Shown here one piece after another: positions 17,391-26,090 of a stretch of 32,000 nt of DNA. The translations under genes were made by a program, and so were the position numbers. The notes under the pieces are model-generated. The model was not told the DNA's origin. It ran no database searches and saw only the letters and a list, made by a program, of their open reading frames with translations. Every line of letters starts with the position of its first letter. Position 1 is the stretch's first letter. Source of the stretch: Candidatus Saccharimonadota bacterium (lineage in GTDB: Bacteria > Patescibacteriota > Patescibacteriia > 2-12-FULL-60-25); assembly GCA_963718585.1 (NCBI GenBank), contig OY970357.1, forward strand, positions 90,001-122,000, in the 5' to 3' direction.

Positions 17391-17993
17391 TTACTGTTTG
17401 ACCGTCACGGCGATCTGCTTGCCCTGCGCGACATACCCAAGGAGGCGTTCGACCTCTGCGGTCGCGTTTTCGTTCGCACGGGCAATGAGATCGGGCTGGG
17501 TCGCGGCCGTCTCGGCCTGTTTGGAAAGCTCGGCGAGCGCCTCATTGTATCCGTCGTCGTTCTGGAGGACGCGTTTGAGGATGCCTTGATCATTCTTGAC
17601 CTCGATCGGTCCCACAAGGCGGTCGTTGAAGAGCGATGCGGAAGGGAGTATGACCGAGATCGTATCGCCATTGACCGAGATGTCGTCTGCGGTGACCTTG
17701 GCGAGATCGATGCCGAGATTCACCTCCATGACCCCGCGTGCCGTTATCGTCTGACCGAAGAAGAAGTCCTTGAATGCACTGCCCGTGGACTTGGTGATCG
17801 TGACGGGCTCGTCGAACATGTAGGTCTGCGTGACGAGGAATCCACGGTCCTTGAGCGCGGTAAGGATGATCTGCGCGTTGACCTCGGGTTTCTGTACCGG
17901 TGCTGGTTTTCCGATGCGGTACCCCGCATACCCAGCCCCGCCGGCGATCACAAGCGCAAGAACGATCCCAAGGATCCATTTCCAGTTTTTCAT
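17391..17993 (-). CDS. DUF4230-family membrane-anchored protein
   Basis: Start at MKNWKWILGIVLALVIAGG (TM anchor). The body matches the DUF4230 pattern (LVTQTYMFDEPV...ARGVMEVNLGIDLAKV...ILPSASLF). Confidence 0.6.
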   Translation of the reverse strand: MKNWKWILGIVLALVIAGGAGYAGYRIGKPAPVQKPEVNAQIILTALKDRGFLVTQTYMFDEPVTITKSTGSAFKDFFFGQTITARGVMEVNLGIDLAKVTADDISVNGDTISVILPSASLFNDRLVGPIEVKNDQGILKRVLQNDDGYNEALAELSKQAETAATQPDLIARANENATAEVERLLGYVAQGKQIAVTVKQ

Positions 17994-18016
17994 AGCCCAA
18001 GCGTAGGGGGTTTTAT

Positions 18017-18052
18017 GGGAAAAGACAAACACGCCGGTTTGGCGTGTTTGTC
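18017..18052 (-). terminator. Intrinsic terminator after tRNA-Ile(UAU)
   Basis: Minus strand GACAAACACGCC-loop-GGCGTGTTTGTC (12 bp) followed by TTTTCCC, directly abutting the CCA. Confidence 0.7.
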
Positions 18053-18053
18053 T

Positions 18054-18128
18054 TGGTAGGCCCGGCTGGGATCGAACCAGCGACCGGGTGTGTATAAGAC
18101 ACCTGCTCTACCACTGAGCTACGGGCCT
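18054..18128 (-). tRNA. tRNA-Ile with UAU anticodon (AUA decoder), CCA encoded
   Basis: AGGCCCG/TA/GCTC-AGTGGTA-GAGC/A/GGTGT-CTTATAC-ACACC/CGGTC/GCTGG-TTCGATC-CCAGC/CGGGCCT-A-CCA. All stems are Watson-Crick, and loop positions 34-36 read TAT. Confidence 0.85.
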
Positions 18129-18235
18129 ATGACGCCCTTTTTGGGCACAGAACTTTGTCACTCGCTCCGTTCGCTCGTTTCGCGTTCTGCATCCCAAAAC
18201 GGCATCATGCGAACTCCGAGAACGAATGTTTCGTG

Positions 18236-18264
18236 AATATACGTTCGAACGGGGCAAAGAACAA
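18236..18264 (-). promoter_or_regulatory. Candidate promoter TTGTTC-N17-TATATT for tRNA-Ile(UAU)
   Basis: Exact 17-nt spacer on the minus strand. It would give a ~100-nt leader containing GCGAAACGAGCGAACGGAGCGAGTGAC, which is related to the 5' part of the tRNA-leader element. Confidence 0.35.
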
Positions 18265-18300
18265 GCCCGCCGATCAGAGAATGAACGGCGGGCGAGGGAG

Positions 18301-19206
18301 TCAGGGCGCGATGCGATCCGCGCTCCATGGACCGAGATCCGTGTCCGTGTAGACATCGGTCGCGGATCCGCTCATGTGCTGACGGTCCGGAGAGATGACG
18401 CCATCGTAATGACGCGTGTCGTCGCGGATCTCGACGTGATCGCCGATGATGATGCCGCGGACGGTCGAAAGGTTCGGCACGACGATGAAGCGACCGCCTT
18501 GGAGAACCTTCGCGGTTTGCGGGAGGTTGTACCCGGTCCAACTCCATTCGCCGGAAATATCGACGATGCCGACGACGAGAGCGCTGACGCAGACGGTCTG
18601 CGGGCAGTTCGTCGCACTCTGCGGACAGTCATTCGTATCGCAGGCCGTCACGGTCGCGCTCGGTTCGGTCGGACACTTTTCCGTGTCCAGACAGTCCACG
18701 TCAAAGGTCGGCGAGGTCGTGAGGCCGGTCGGCCCGTCGAGCATCTGCAGATCGACCTCAGTATCAGAGGCAGACCAGTCGATGTCCGCACCGACCTCGA
18801 AGACGTCGTTCCCGTCGTCTTCATACGGCGTGACATGGATCGCTTCCTCGAGATCCGGCGCATCGCGATGACTACGGACCGTGAGTGTGGTCCCGTCTTC
18901 GGATCCTCCGAAAGAAAGGAGAAGATCCGTGACATAGGTCTGATACGGATCCGGGTCTGGGGGAGATGCTTCAGGCGTGGCATCGGCAGTACCGGCATCC
19001 AGGGATCGGACGATCCCACCGCTCGGTGGCAGGATCGTTCCGTGGCGGGGGATCTGCTCCATGCGCGATCCGGGGACCGGCAGGGATATATGTGACGATG
19101 GTCGGTCTTCCGTCGAAGGCGGGGGAGCATCCATCGGTCCGGGTCCGGATCCACACGCGGCCAATCCAAAACCCATCACGAGCAAGATCGCGTTTCGTGT
19201 CTTCAT
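18301..19206 (-). CDS. Lipoprotein of unknown function
   Basis: MKTRNAILLVMGFGLAAC has a canonical lipobox (L-A-A-C), and GGAGA lies 8 nt upstream of the ATG at 19206. A Pro/Asp-rich linker, a Cys-rich segment and a beta-rich C-terminus follow. Confidence 0.65.
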   Translation of the reverse strand: MKTRNAILLVMGFGLAACGSGPGPMDAPPPSTEDRPSSHISLPVPGSRMEQIPRHGTILPPSGGIVRSLDAGTADATPEASPPDPDPYQTYVTDLLLSFGGSEDGTTLTVRSHRDAPDLEEAIHVTPYEDDGNDVFEVGADIDWSASDTEVDLQMLDGPTGLTTSPTFDVDCLDTEKCPTEPSATVTACDTNDCPQSATNCPQTVCVSALVVGIVDISGEWSWTGYNLPQTAKVLQGGRFIVVPNLSTVRGIIIGDHVEIRDDTRHYDGVISPDRQHMSGSATDVYTDTDLGPWSADRIAP

Positions 19207-19393
19207 CTGTCTTCTCCGTTGTTGGGGCATGATGCCCGCACCTCTTTCTACCGCTGCCGTTTTTCGTGCGCGTTGTCAAGAGCGGTCAGGTGCGGAATGT
19301 TCATTTACCTTTGAAGGTCCAGCCATCGACGGCTGCGCTGATCATCGCGAGGAAGGTGATGATGAGCATGTAGAAGTACGATCGTATTCGCGA

Positions 19394-19423
19394 AAATGAA
19401 AAAGCAGACCCCGAAGGGTCTGC
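19394..19423 (-). terminator. Intrinsic terminator of the 322-aa gene
   Basis: Minus strand GCAGACCC-TTCG-GGGTCTGC followed by TTTTTCATTTT. Confidence 0.7.
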
Positions 19424-19448
19424 GTAGGGAGGTTTTGGATCAAAGTGA

Positions 19449-20417
19449 TCACGCTTTGGGCGGAGGTCGTTCGGTGCCGCCCCAGCCGCTCGCGTAGGGA
19501 GCGGTATTCGGCGGACGCTCTTCGGTCTCTGACGCCGCTTCGGCGTTCGTGCTGGTCATGTCTGCTTCGACCGGGACCGGCGCATCATCGGCATCGTCCA
19601 TCGGAGAGGATCCTGCGCCCTGCACCATCTCCGCGTTCTCGTCAGGCTCTGGCGCGGCATCCTCATCGGCGGTTCCGACAGGGGACGTCTCTTCCGCCTC
19701 TTCGGACTTCCAGCCGGCGTTTGCGGCGAGGCGTTCGAGGGCGGGAAAGAGATCGGAGAGGACGACGAGGTCCACGAGCGCTTCGATCTCCATGAAGGGT
19801 TCGAAATCTGCATAGGAGAAGGGTACGCCGTCCGTGCCTTTTTCCAGGACGTCCGCAAGGATCCCCTCCAAAAGGGCCTGGTTCGATCGGACGAGGTTCC
19901 GCACGAGGGCGCGAGGTCCAACGGCTTCGAACAGATCCGCCATGCTAACGACTTTGAGATCGACGGCCTCCTGGAAGAGGATCTTGAGGAAGTCGCGATG
20001 CTTCTGCGTGGCATCGCCGGTCCCGTCGGTGTGGATCCAATCCGTGGTCAGGAGGAACCGGTAGAGCGCATTCCAGTCGAGGAAACGCACGCGGTCTTTG
20101 AGATCGAACGACAGATGGATCGTGGCCGCATCCGCATCTGACGCCCTTAGCGCGGTCGAGAGCAGGAGACTGCAGGTCTCCGCATCGAGCTCGACGGCCG
20201 TCGCCTGGGGGATGTTGATGCATTGAGCGAGGATCTTCGCGCGCAAGAGCGCGCTCTCCCGTAGGGCGGTCATGATGACCGTGGGCGGGAATTGGACTGC
20301 GAATTGTTCGGGCGTCTGCCAGGGCAGGAGATCGAATCCGTATTCGAGCGCCTTGGCGAGGAGCTGGCCTCCCGACGTTCTTGCAGGGTCTTTTCTGGGT
20401 TCCGACGTATCGTTCAT
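19449..20417 (-). CDS. Hypothetical protein with acidic disordered C-terminal tail
   Basis: 322 aa with GGAGG 8 nt upstream of the ATG. A helical body of about 240 aa is followed by an E/D/A/P-rich tail. I recognise no domain. Confidence 0.6.
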   Translation of the reverse strand: MNDTSEPRKDPARTSGGQLLAKALEYGFDLLPWQTPEQFAVQFPPTVIMTALRESALLRAKILAQCINIPQATAVELDAETCSLLLSTALRASDADAATIHLSFDLKDRVRFLDWNALYRFLLTTDWIHTDGTGDATQKHRDFLKILFQEAVDLKVVSMADLFEAVGPRALVRNLVRSNQALLEGILADVLEKGTDGVPFSYADFEPFMEIEALVDLVVLSDLFPALERLAANAGWKSEEAEETSPVGTADEDAAPEPDENAEMVQGAGSSPMDDADDAPVPVEADMTSTNAEAASETEERPPNTAPYASGWGGTERPPPKA

Positions 20418-20530
20418 CTCAAAACCTCCGTTTGGGAAAGAGCTGCTGACAAACTGTGGCTTGGGAACGGAAAAGTCAAGATTAACGTTTATCTAAGGAG
20501 GCGGTATTCTTATGAAAATATATCTTTCAT

Positions 20531-20848
20531 ATGCACAAAATGACGAAAAACATCCGAGTCATCGCCTTTGTCGGCTCAGTCATCGCACCGCTCGCGCTCT
20601 TTGGTGCGGGATGTACGAACACTCAGCCAGCCTCACGTCCAACGCCTCAGCCCCTCCCCGTAACAACCCCGCAAGCCGGCGGTACAGAACAAAGTGCCGC
20701 GAACGCCCCATCCGTCACAAGTGGAACGACGAATGCGGATCTTGAAAATGATCTTAATACTTTCGACAGCCAGATGAAGTCGCTGAATAGTGATTCCGCG
20801 AACATCGATCAAGGCTTGAACGACCAGCCTGTCCCGCAGGCCGAATAA
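20531..20848 (+). CDS. Small lipoprotein-like secreted protein
   Basis: Signal sequence IRVIAFVGSVIAPLALFGAGC, then a low-complexity T/P/Q/N-rich mature part. The start is 20531 or 20540. Confidence 0.55.
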   Translation: MHKMTKNIRVIAFVGSVIAPLALFGAGCTNTQPASRPTPQPLPVTTPQAGGTEQSAANAPSVTSGTTNADLENDLNTFDSQMKSLNSDSANIDQGLNDQPVPQAE

Positions 20849-20862
20849 CCCCTTCAAAAAAT

Positions 20863-21741
20863 ATGTCACTCAAACGAATATCTTTCGTATTGGTCTCAGT
20901 CATCGCCGTTGGGTCCATGACCGCCGTGCCGGTCTTTGCGGAGACGGTCTCTGCAGCGCCGACAAACCTCCCGCTTCGGACGAATGCCGGAACGCAGGAT
21001 CAACGCATGACACGGATCAAGGATCGTGCGGATCAGGAGATCGACCGTCGGATCAAGAATCTCGGGCGCCTCATGGATCGCGCACATGTGATGTCGAAGC
21101 TCTCAGACACGACCAAGTCGACGCTAGAGAACACGGTCCAGAGCGAAACGGATGCGCTGACAGCGCTCAAGGCGAAGATCGACGCGGATACGGATATCAC
21201 GACGCTTCGCACAGATGTACAGTCCATCACGAAGTCGTATCGGATCTATGCGCTCGTCATCCCACAGGGTGCGGTCCTCGCTGCGGCTGATCGATTGACC
21301 ACGGTCGCGGACACGATGTCTGGCATCGGCGATAAGCTCCAGTCGCGGATCGCTGAAGCGCAGGCTGCTGGGAAGGATGTGAGCGCAATGCAGTCGTCCT
21401 ACGATGATCTCGTCGCCAAGCTCGCGGACGCGAAGACGCAGGCGGCGGATGCGATCTCTGCGACACAGGCGTTGAAACCGGATAATGGGGATCAGGCGAT
21501 CGGCCAGGCGAATCTGCAGGCTCTCAAGGACGCGCGGAGCAAGATCCACACAGGGATCCAGGACCTCGTCGCGGCCCGCAAAGACGCGGCAACGGTCATC
21601 GCTGGTTTCCGGTCGTCTCATTTGGACGCGAAGACGTCGGACAGTGCCTCGGGATCCATGGATCAGAATGGCGACCATGCCACCGGTTCGGATGAGATGG
21701 AGAACCACGCATCCGACACGGGATCAACCGGATCTGAATAG
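20863..21741 (+). CDS. Secreted alpha-helical protein of unknown function
   Basis: Signal peptide MSLKRISFVLVSVIAVGSMTAVPVFA, long amphipathic helical repeats, and a D/S/G-rich acidic tail. Confidence 0.6.
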   Translation: MSLKRISFVLVSVIAVGSMTAVPVFAETVSAAPTNLPLRTNAGTQDQRMTRIKDRADQEIDRRIKNLGRLMDRAHVMSKLSDTTKSTLENTVQSETDALTALKAKIDADTDITTLRTDVQSITKSYRIYALVIPQGAVLAAADRLTTVADTMSGIGDKLQSRIAEAQAAGKDVSAMQSSYDDLVAKLADAKTQAADAISATQALKPDNGDQAIGQANLQALKDARSKIHTGIQDLVAARKDAATVIAGFRSSHLDAKTSDSASGSMDQNGDHATGSDEMENHASDTGSTGSE

Positions 21742-21758
21742 GATCTCATACGTAAAAG

Positions 21759-21781
21759 CAGGCCCTTCGGGGCCTGTTTTT
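21759..21781 (+). terminator. Intrinsic terminator
   Basis: CAGGCCC-TTCG-GGGCCTG followed by TTTTT. Confidence 0.75.
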
Positions 21782-21831
21782 CGATTTGCGCGAAACCAGG
21801 TTCTATCGTAAGACACGGATAGGAGGTCACC

Positions 21832-22182
21832 GTGGTCACGTATTATCACACGAAGAGCTACATCTACGCCGTCGCTAACGGCTACTGCTCCAAGGTCCTG
21901 TCCGCAGACGGTCGGGTAGACGAGCATGCGCCGCTTGAAACCTGTCCGCTTGTCGCCGGCGTCCGCGGCATGCCTGGCGTCGAGGTTCCGGTCTCGGAGA
22001 TCGCGGAGGGCATGTCCCTTCGATTCCAGATCAAGGGGTCATTCGTCACGACCCAGCCGGTCGAGAAGATCGAGTTGTCGGTCCCGTCCCTTTCGATCCC
22101 GCCCGTTCCGATGTCAGGGCGGTCCGTAAGCATCATTCCCCCGGATCCGCAGTCCGGCCGTATCACGATCCCGGATAAATGA
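21832..22182 (+). CDS. Hypothetical protein (GTG start)
   Basis: AGGAGG (21821-21826) lies 5 nt upstream of the GTG at 21832. 116 aa, with no recognisable motif. Confidence 0.5.
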   Translation: MVTYYHTKSYIYAVANGYCSKVLSADGRVDEHAPLETCPLVAGVRGMPGVEVPVSEIAEGMSLRFQIKGSFVTTQPVEKIELSVPSLSIPPVPMSGRSVSIIPPDPQSGRITIPDK

Positions 22183-22196
22183 GTCCTTTGTCTATA

Positions 22197-22218
22197 CCTG
22201 CCGATCGGCGGGTTTTTT
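22197..22218 (+). terminator. Intrinsic terminator (overlaps the rnhB stop)
   Basis: CCTGCC-GATC-GGCGGG followed by TTTTTT. Confidence 0.6.
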
Positions 22219-22858
22219 ATATGTGCAGGTCCTGGGCCGTCTTCCAGCTCCAACGGACGTATGCCGCGTTCTTGGGGCACGTTCGCACGAATGAGCGCGT
22301 GACCTCGTCGTGCGCATAGCCGCAACCGAAATCCATGTCGAGTTCTTTTTTCAATTCGGTGATCAAACGTTCACGTTCGCTCTTCGCAAGGATCGAGGCG
22401 GCCGCGACCGTTCGATCCGTGCGATCAGCTTCATGTTTCGCCCGGAGGCGCTTCATGTCCGGCCACTGGCTCGCGATATAGAGCTCTTCAAGAAAACCTT
22501 GGGCATTGATACTCGGCGCATCGACGAGGGCGATCGCCTCGCGTTCCGGGTGTATTTCGATGAAGGTGTGAAGCAGATCGGCCATCATCTCTGTTTCCAG
22601 ACCGTTCAGCGTGCGCGATCGGTCGCGGACGGCATCGTCGATCTCGGGCGGATAGACGACCGCAAGCTGGAACCAGCACCGTTCCTTGATCCGTGCCGCG
22701 AGATCATCGCGCTGTGGTCCGGGAACGATCTTGGAGTCGCGGACGTTGTTCGCCCAAAACCATTTGCGGTCCGCCGCATCCGCCGCAACACACGCGACCA
22801 CGAGCGGACCGATCACGCATCCGCGTCCCGCCTCATCGATGCCGACACTCAATCGCAT
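22217..22858 (-). CDS. rnhB: Ribonuclease HII
   Basis: MRLSVGIDEAGRGCVIGPLVVA N-terminal catalytic motif, with DSKIV and SAASILAK motifs further in. The start was trimmed from ORF 22217..22942. Confidence 0.9.
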   Translation of the reverse strand: MRLSVGIDEAGRGCVIGPLVVACVAADAADRKWFWANNVRDSKIVPGPQRDDLAARIKERCWFQLAVVYPPEIDDAVRDRSRTLNGLETEMMADLLHTFIEIHPEREAIALVDAPSINAQGFLEELYIASQWPDMKRLRAKHEADRTDRTVAAASILAKSERERLITELKKELDMDFGCGYAHDEVTRSFVRTCPKNAAYVRWSWKTAQDLHI

Positions 22859-22950
22859 GATCCAAGCATACCCTAAGGTCCGACGTCTGCAATGGATGCT
22901 GTTTCGTGCCTGCTTGCCAAAAGGCCCTATTTTTGGCATCATTCGGACAT

Positions 22951-23139
22951 ATGAAAGTCATCTATTGCCGCGATTTCGGGTTTGATTGTAATGCCCGGAT
23001 GCGGGGTCGCTCGGTCGATGAGGCGGTTGATGCCACCATCAAACACGGGGTGAGTATGCATCATTTGGACCTCAAGGAGCTCCAGACCCCGGAAAAACGG
23101 GCGGAGATCGCGACAAAGGCGCAAGACCTCGAAGATTGA
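22951..23139 (+). CDS. DUF1059-family small protein
   Basis: [19 protein letters not shown]...HLDLKE is the typical DUF1059 opening (C-x-x-x-G-x-D-C). 62 aa. Confidence 0.6.
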   Translation: MKVIYCRDFGFDCNARMRGRSVDEAVDATIKHGVSMHHLDLKELQTPEKRAEIATKAQDLED

Positions 23140-23210
23140 GCTTCGGGGAGTCCAGACGCGGGACCGTTGACCGGTTCCGCGTTTTTCGTTACGCTTCCCG
23201 CATAAAATCT

Positions 23211-25205
23211 ATGCCCCAAGCACTCCAATTCGCCCTCGTGTCCGCGATCGTCGCGCTCGCGTGGGGCGCCTATCTCGTTCGGTGGGTCCTGCGACAGCCA
23301 GCTGGTGAAGGAAAGATGATCGAGATCGCCAAGGCGATCCAGGTCGGCGCCGAGGCGTATCTCTCGCGTCAGTATAAGACGATCGGGGCCATTGGCCTCG
23401 TGATCTTCCTCATCCTGTGGAAGGCGCTCGGCTGGCACACGGCCGCCGGATTCGCGATCGGCGCGATCCTGTCCGCACTCGCGGGATTCGTCGGCATGTT
23501 CGTGTCCGTGCGCGCCAATGTGCGCACGACAGAGGCGGCGAAGAAGGGGATGAAGCACGCGCTCGACGTGGCCGTGAAAGGCGGTACCGTGACCGGCCTC
23601 TTCGTCGTGGGCTTCGGCCTGCTCGGCGTCGCAGGTTTCTACGCCTGGACGCATGATCTGAAAGCGCTCGTCGGTCTCGGCTTCGGCGGCTCGCTCATCT
23701 CCGTGTTCGCGCGGTTGGGCGGCGGTATCTTCACCAAAGCCGCGGACGTTGGCGCTGACCTCGTCGGCAAGGTGGAAGCCGGGATCCCGGAAGATGATCC
23801 GCGCAATCCGGCCGTCATCGCGGACAATGTGGGCGACAATGTGGGCGACTGCGCCGGCATGGCGGCCGATCTGTTTGAGACCTATGCGATCACCGCGCTT
23901 GCGGCCATGATCCTCGGCGGCCTCGCGTATCCGGGCAATGAGAACGTCGTGCTCTTCCCGCTCGTGCTCGGCGGCATCTCGATCTTCGCGTCCATCATCG
24001 GTACGTTCTTCATCCGCCTCGGCGAGAGCAAGAACATCATGGGTGCGCTGTATAAGGGCTTGATCGCGGCCGGTGTGCTCGCAGCCGTCGCGTTTTGGTA
24101 CGCTGCGACGCAGTACTTCCCGGCGACCGGAGCCATCACGGCAATGGCCATCACCAAAGCGTCGCTCATCGGCCTTGCCGTGACCGGACTCATGGTCGTC
24201 ATCACCGAATACTACACCTCGACCAAATACGCGCCGGTCCAACGGATCGCAAAGGCATCCGAGACGGGACACGGCACGAACGTCATTGCGGGTCTTGCTA
24301 TGGGCATGAAGTCCACGGCGCTTCCGGTGATCGTCATTGTGGTCGCCATCCTCCTCTCATATGACGCGGCAGGTCTCTACGGCATCGCGATCGCGGCCAT
24401 GAGCATGCTGTCGCTCTCGGGCATCATCGTCGCGATCGACGCGTACGGTCCGATCACGGACAACGCGGGTGGTATCGCGGAAATGGCAGAGCTGGGCGAT
24501 GCGGTGCGCGACGTGACCGATCCGCTCGACGCAGTCGGCAACACGACCAAGGCCGTGACCAAGGGCTACGCGATCGCGTCTGCCGGACTGGCCTCGCTCG
24601 TGCTCTTCGCCTCGTATACGCAGGAATTCGTTGAACGCGGAAAGGCGTTGTCCTTCTCACTCGAAGATCCGAAGCTCATTGCCGGACTCTTCCTCGGCGG
24701 CCTGCTCCCGTATCTCTTCGCGGCGTTCGCCATGGAGGCGGTCGGCACCACGGCCGGCGCGGTCGTGGAAGAAGTGCGCCGTCAGTTCCGCGAGATCCGC
24801 GGGATCATGGAAGGCACGGCCAAGCCGGATTACGCGACGACCGTGGACATTGTGACGCGCGCGGCGATCAAGCAGATGATCGTTCCGGCGCTTCTGCCGG
24901 TCCTGACCCCGATCGTCATTGCGTATCTGCTCGGGCCCGTCGCGCTCGGCGGCGTGCTCATCGGTTCCATCGTGACAGGCGTCTTTGTGGCCATCTCGAT
25001 GACCTCGGGCGGCGGCGCGTGGGACAATGCGAAGAAGTACATCGAGTCCGGTCACTTCGGCGGAAAGAACTCCTTTGCCCATCAGGCGGCGGTCACCGGC
25101 GACACGGTCGGCGACCCGTACAAGGACACGGCCGGCCCGGCGATCAACCCGATGATCAAGATCTTGAACATCGTGGCGTTGCTGCTGGTAGCCATCCTCG
25201 TCTGA
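23211..25205 (+). CDS. hppA: Membrane-bound proton-translocating pyrophosphatase, K+-independent type
   Basis: Multi-pass membrane protein with [21 protein letters not shown] and [12 protein letters not shown] motifs. The GNTTKA variant (Lys, not Ala) is the established marker of K+-independent enzymes. Confidence 0.9.
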   Translation: MPQALQFALVSAIVALAWGAYLVRWVLRQPAGEGKMIEIAKAIQVGAEAYLSRQYKTIGAIGLVIFLILWKALGWHTAAGFAIGAILSALAGFVGMFVSVRANVRTTEAAKKGMKHALDVAVKGGTVTGLFVVGFGLLGVAGFYAWTHDLKALVGLGFGGSLISVFARLGGGIFTKAADVGADLVGKVEAGIPEDDPRNPAVIADNVGDNVGDCAGMAADLFETYAITALAAMILGGLAYPGNENVVLFPLVLGGISIFASIIGTFFIRLGESKNIMGALYKGLIAAGVLAAVAFWYAATQYFPATGAITAMAITKASLIGLAVTGLMVVITEYYTSTKYAPVQRIAKASETGHGTNVIAGLAMGMKSTALPVIVIVVAILLSYDAAGLYGIAIAAMSMLSLSGIIVAIDAYGPITDNAGGIAEMAELGDAVRDVTDPLDAVGNTTKAVTKGYAIASAGLASLVLFASYTQEFVERGKALSFSLEDPKLIAGLFLGGLLPYLFAAFAMEAVGTTAGAVVEEVRRQFREIRGIMEGTAKPDYATTVDIVTRAAIKQMIVPALLPVLTPIVIAYLLGPVALGGVLIGSIVTGVFVAISMTSGGGAWDNAKKYIESGHFGGKNSFAHQAAVTGDTVGDPYKDTAGPAINPMIKILNIVALLLVAILV

Positions 25206-25224
25206 ACAACGTATAAGTCGTTCG

Positions 25225-25248
25225 AACGGCGGCCTTCGGGCCGCCGTT
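25225..25248 (+). terminator. Hairpin terminator after hppA
   Basis: AACGGCGGCC-TTCG-GGCCGCCGTT, a 10-bp stem with a weak U-tract. Confidence 0.55.
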
Positions 25249-25269
25249 ATGTTATCCTCGCCCCATCCT

Positions 25270-25674
25270 ATGGCCGACATCATCGACCCGCGACATGAAC
25301 AGCTCGTGGAGCACCTCTTTATCCGGGTATGTCTGGTGCTCGAGATGCCTGGATATCAGATCCGCGCTTTGCGTCGGCGTCTCCGCGGAAAGGGGAAATT
25401 CCGTTCGCTCACGTACGGATATACCAAGATCGGAGAAAAGCTCGTGACCATCGATCTCTACACGCCCAAGACCATGAAGCCGCGGAAGATGGATGCGATC
25501 TTGCGCGTGATCTGCCACGAGCTCGCCCATCATCAAAAACCGCCGAAGTTGTATCGTAAAGGATTTCGGCTCGTCGAGATTACGCATCATCCGCCGTTTT
25601 GGACCCAATATAAGAAGAATGTGAAGCGGATCCAGGAGGATGAGCTGCTCGGCGTGTACTTCGCGAGCGTATAG
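25270..25674 (+). CDS. DUF45/SprT-like zinc metallopeptidase-fold protein
   Basis: HELAHH (HExxH) followed by HHPPFW, resembling the YgjP/DUF45 HELxH...H..FW pattern. The start is at MADIIDP. Confidence 0.5.
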   Translation: MADIIDPRHEQLVEHLFIRVCLVLEMPGYQIRALRRRLRGKGKFRSLTYGYTKIGEKLVTIDLYTPKTMKPRKMDAILRVICHELAHHQKPPKLYRKGFRLVEITHHPPFWTQYKKNVKRIQEDELLGVYFASV

Positions 25675-25713
25675 TTTGCACTCACCGCGGACGCGCGCTA
25701 TGTTTGTCCCGCT

Positions 25714-25980
25714 ATGAAGATCGAAGTGGATCAGGACGCCTGCATCGGCGCCGCATCATGCGTCGCGTTGGCCGGGTTGACCTTCGCGCTGAACGGGGAG
25801 GGGAAGGTCTATATCCTCAACGAAGCGCCGGAGGCGAAGAAGAACGACGAGGGAGAGGCGATCGCGTCCGATTCCACGGAAACGATGGATGTGCGCGACA
25901 TGATCGTCGAGGCCGCGCGGTCGTGTCCGGTCCAAGCGATCAAGCTCTTCGAAGACGACGGAACCGAGATCGTGCTGTGA
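25714..25980 (+). CDS. Single-cluster ferredoxin (CxxAxxC...CP, 3Fe-4S-type ligand pattern)
   Basis: MKIEVDQDACIGAASCV...ARSCPVQAI. The middle Cys of CxxCxxC is replaced by Ala. Confidence 0.75.
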   Translation: MKIEVDQDACIGAASCVALAGLTFALNGEGKVYILNEAPEAKKNDEGEAIASDSTETMDVRDMIVEAARSCPVQAIKLFEDDGTEIVL

Positions 25981-25993
25981 CCGTACAAAATAT

Positions 25994-26060
25994 GTCATTC
26001 CCGCGGAGGCGGGAATCCGGTCCGGCCGTCGAGCCGGATCCCCGTTTTCACGGGAAAGAC
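25994..26060. repeat. Small palindromic (REP/MITE-like) element between ferredoxin and reductase genes
   Basis: Three consecutive hairpins: ATTCCCGC-GGAG-GCGGGAAT, TCCGGC-CGTCGA-GCCGGA and CCCG-TTTTCA-CGGG. It translates as SFPRRRESG...PRFHGKDG in the spurious ORF 25704..26084. Confidence 0.6.
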
Positions 26061-26090
26061 GGAGAGGCGATGACGGAAAGATGAATATCT

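Noticed and set aside
19301-19369. 22-codon hydrophobic minus-strand sORF (MLIITFLAMISAAVDGWTFKGK) between the 322-aa gene terminator and the lipoprotein gene
   Set aside because: It has no SD or promoter and is too short to evaluate from composition alone. It would need conservation or ribosome-profiling evidence.
20512-20745. 77-aa ORF starting 11 nt after a strong AAGGAGG
   Set aside because: Its sequence is Arg/Ser/His-rich with no features. The overlapping frame (20531..20848) encodes a clear signal-peptide protein. The SD may still drive a short uORF, but that is not supported further.
25704-26084. 126-aa ORF overlapping the ferredoxin gene and the intergenic element
   Set aside because: It is out of frame with the well-supported ferredoxin. 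Its C-terminus (SFPRRRESG...RFHGKDG) is simply the translation of the palindromic repeat.
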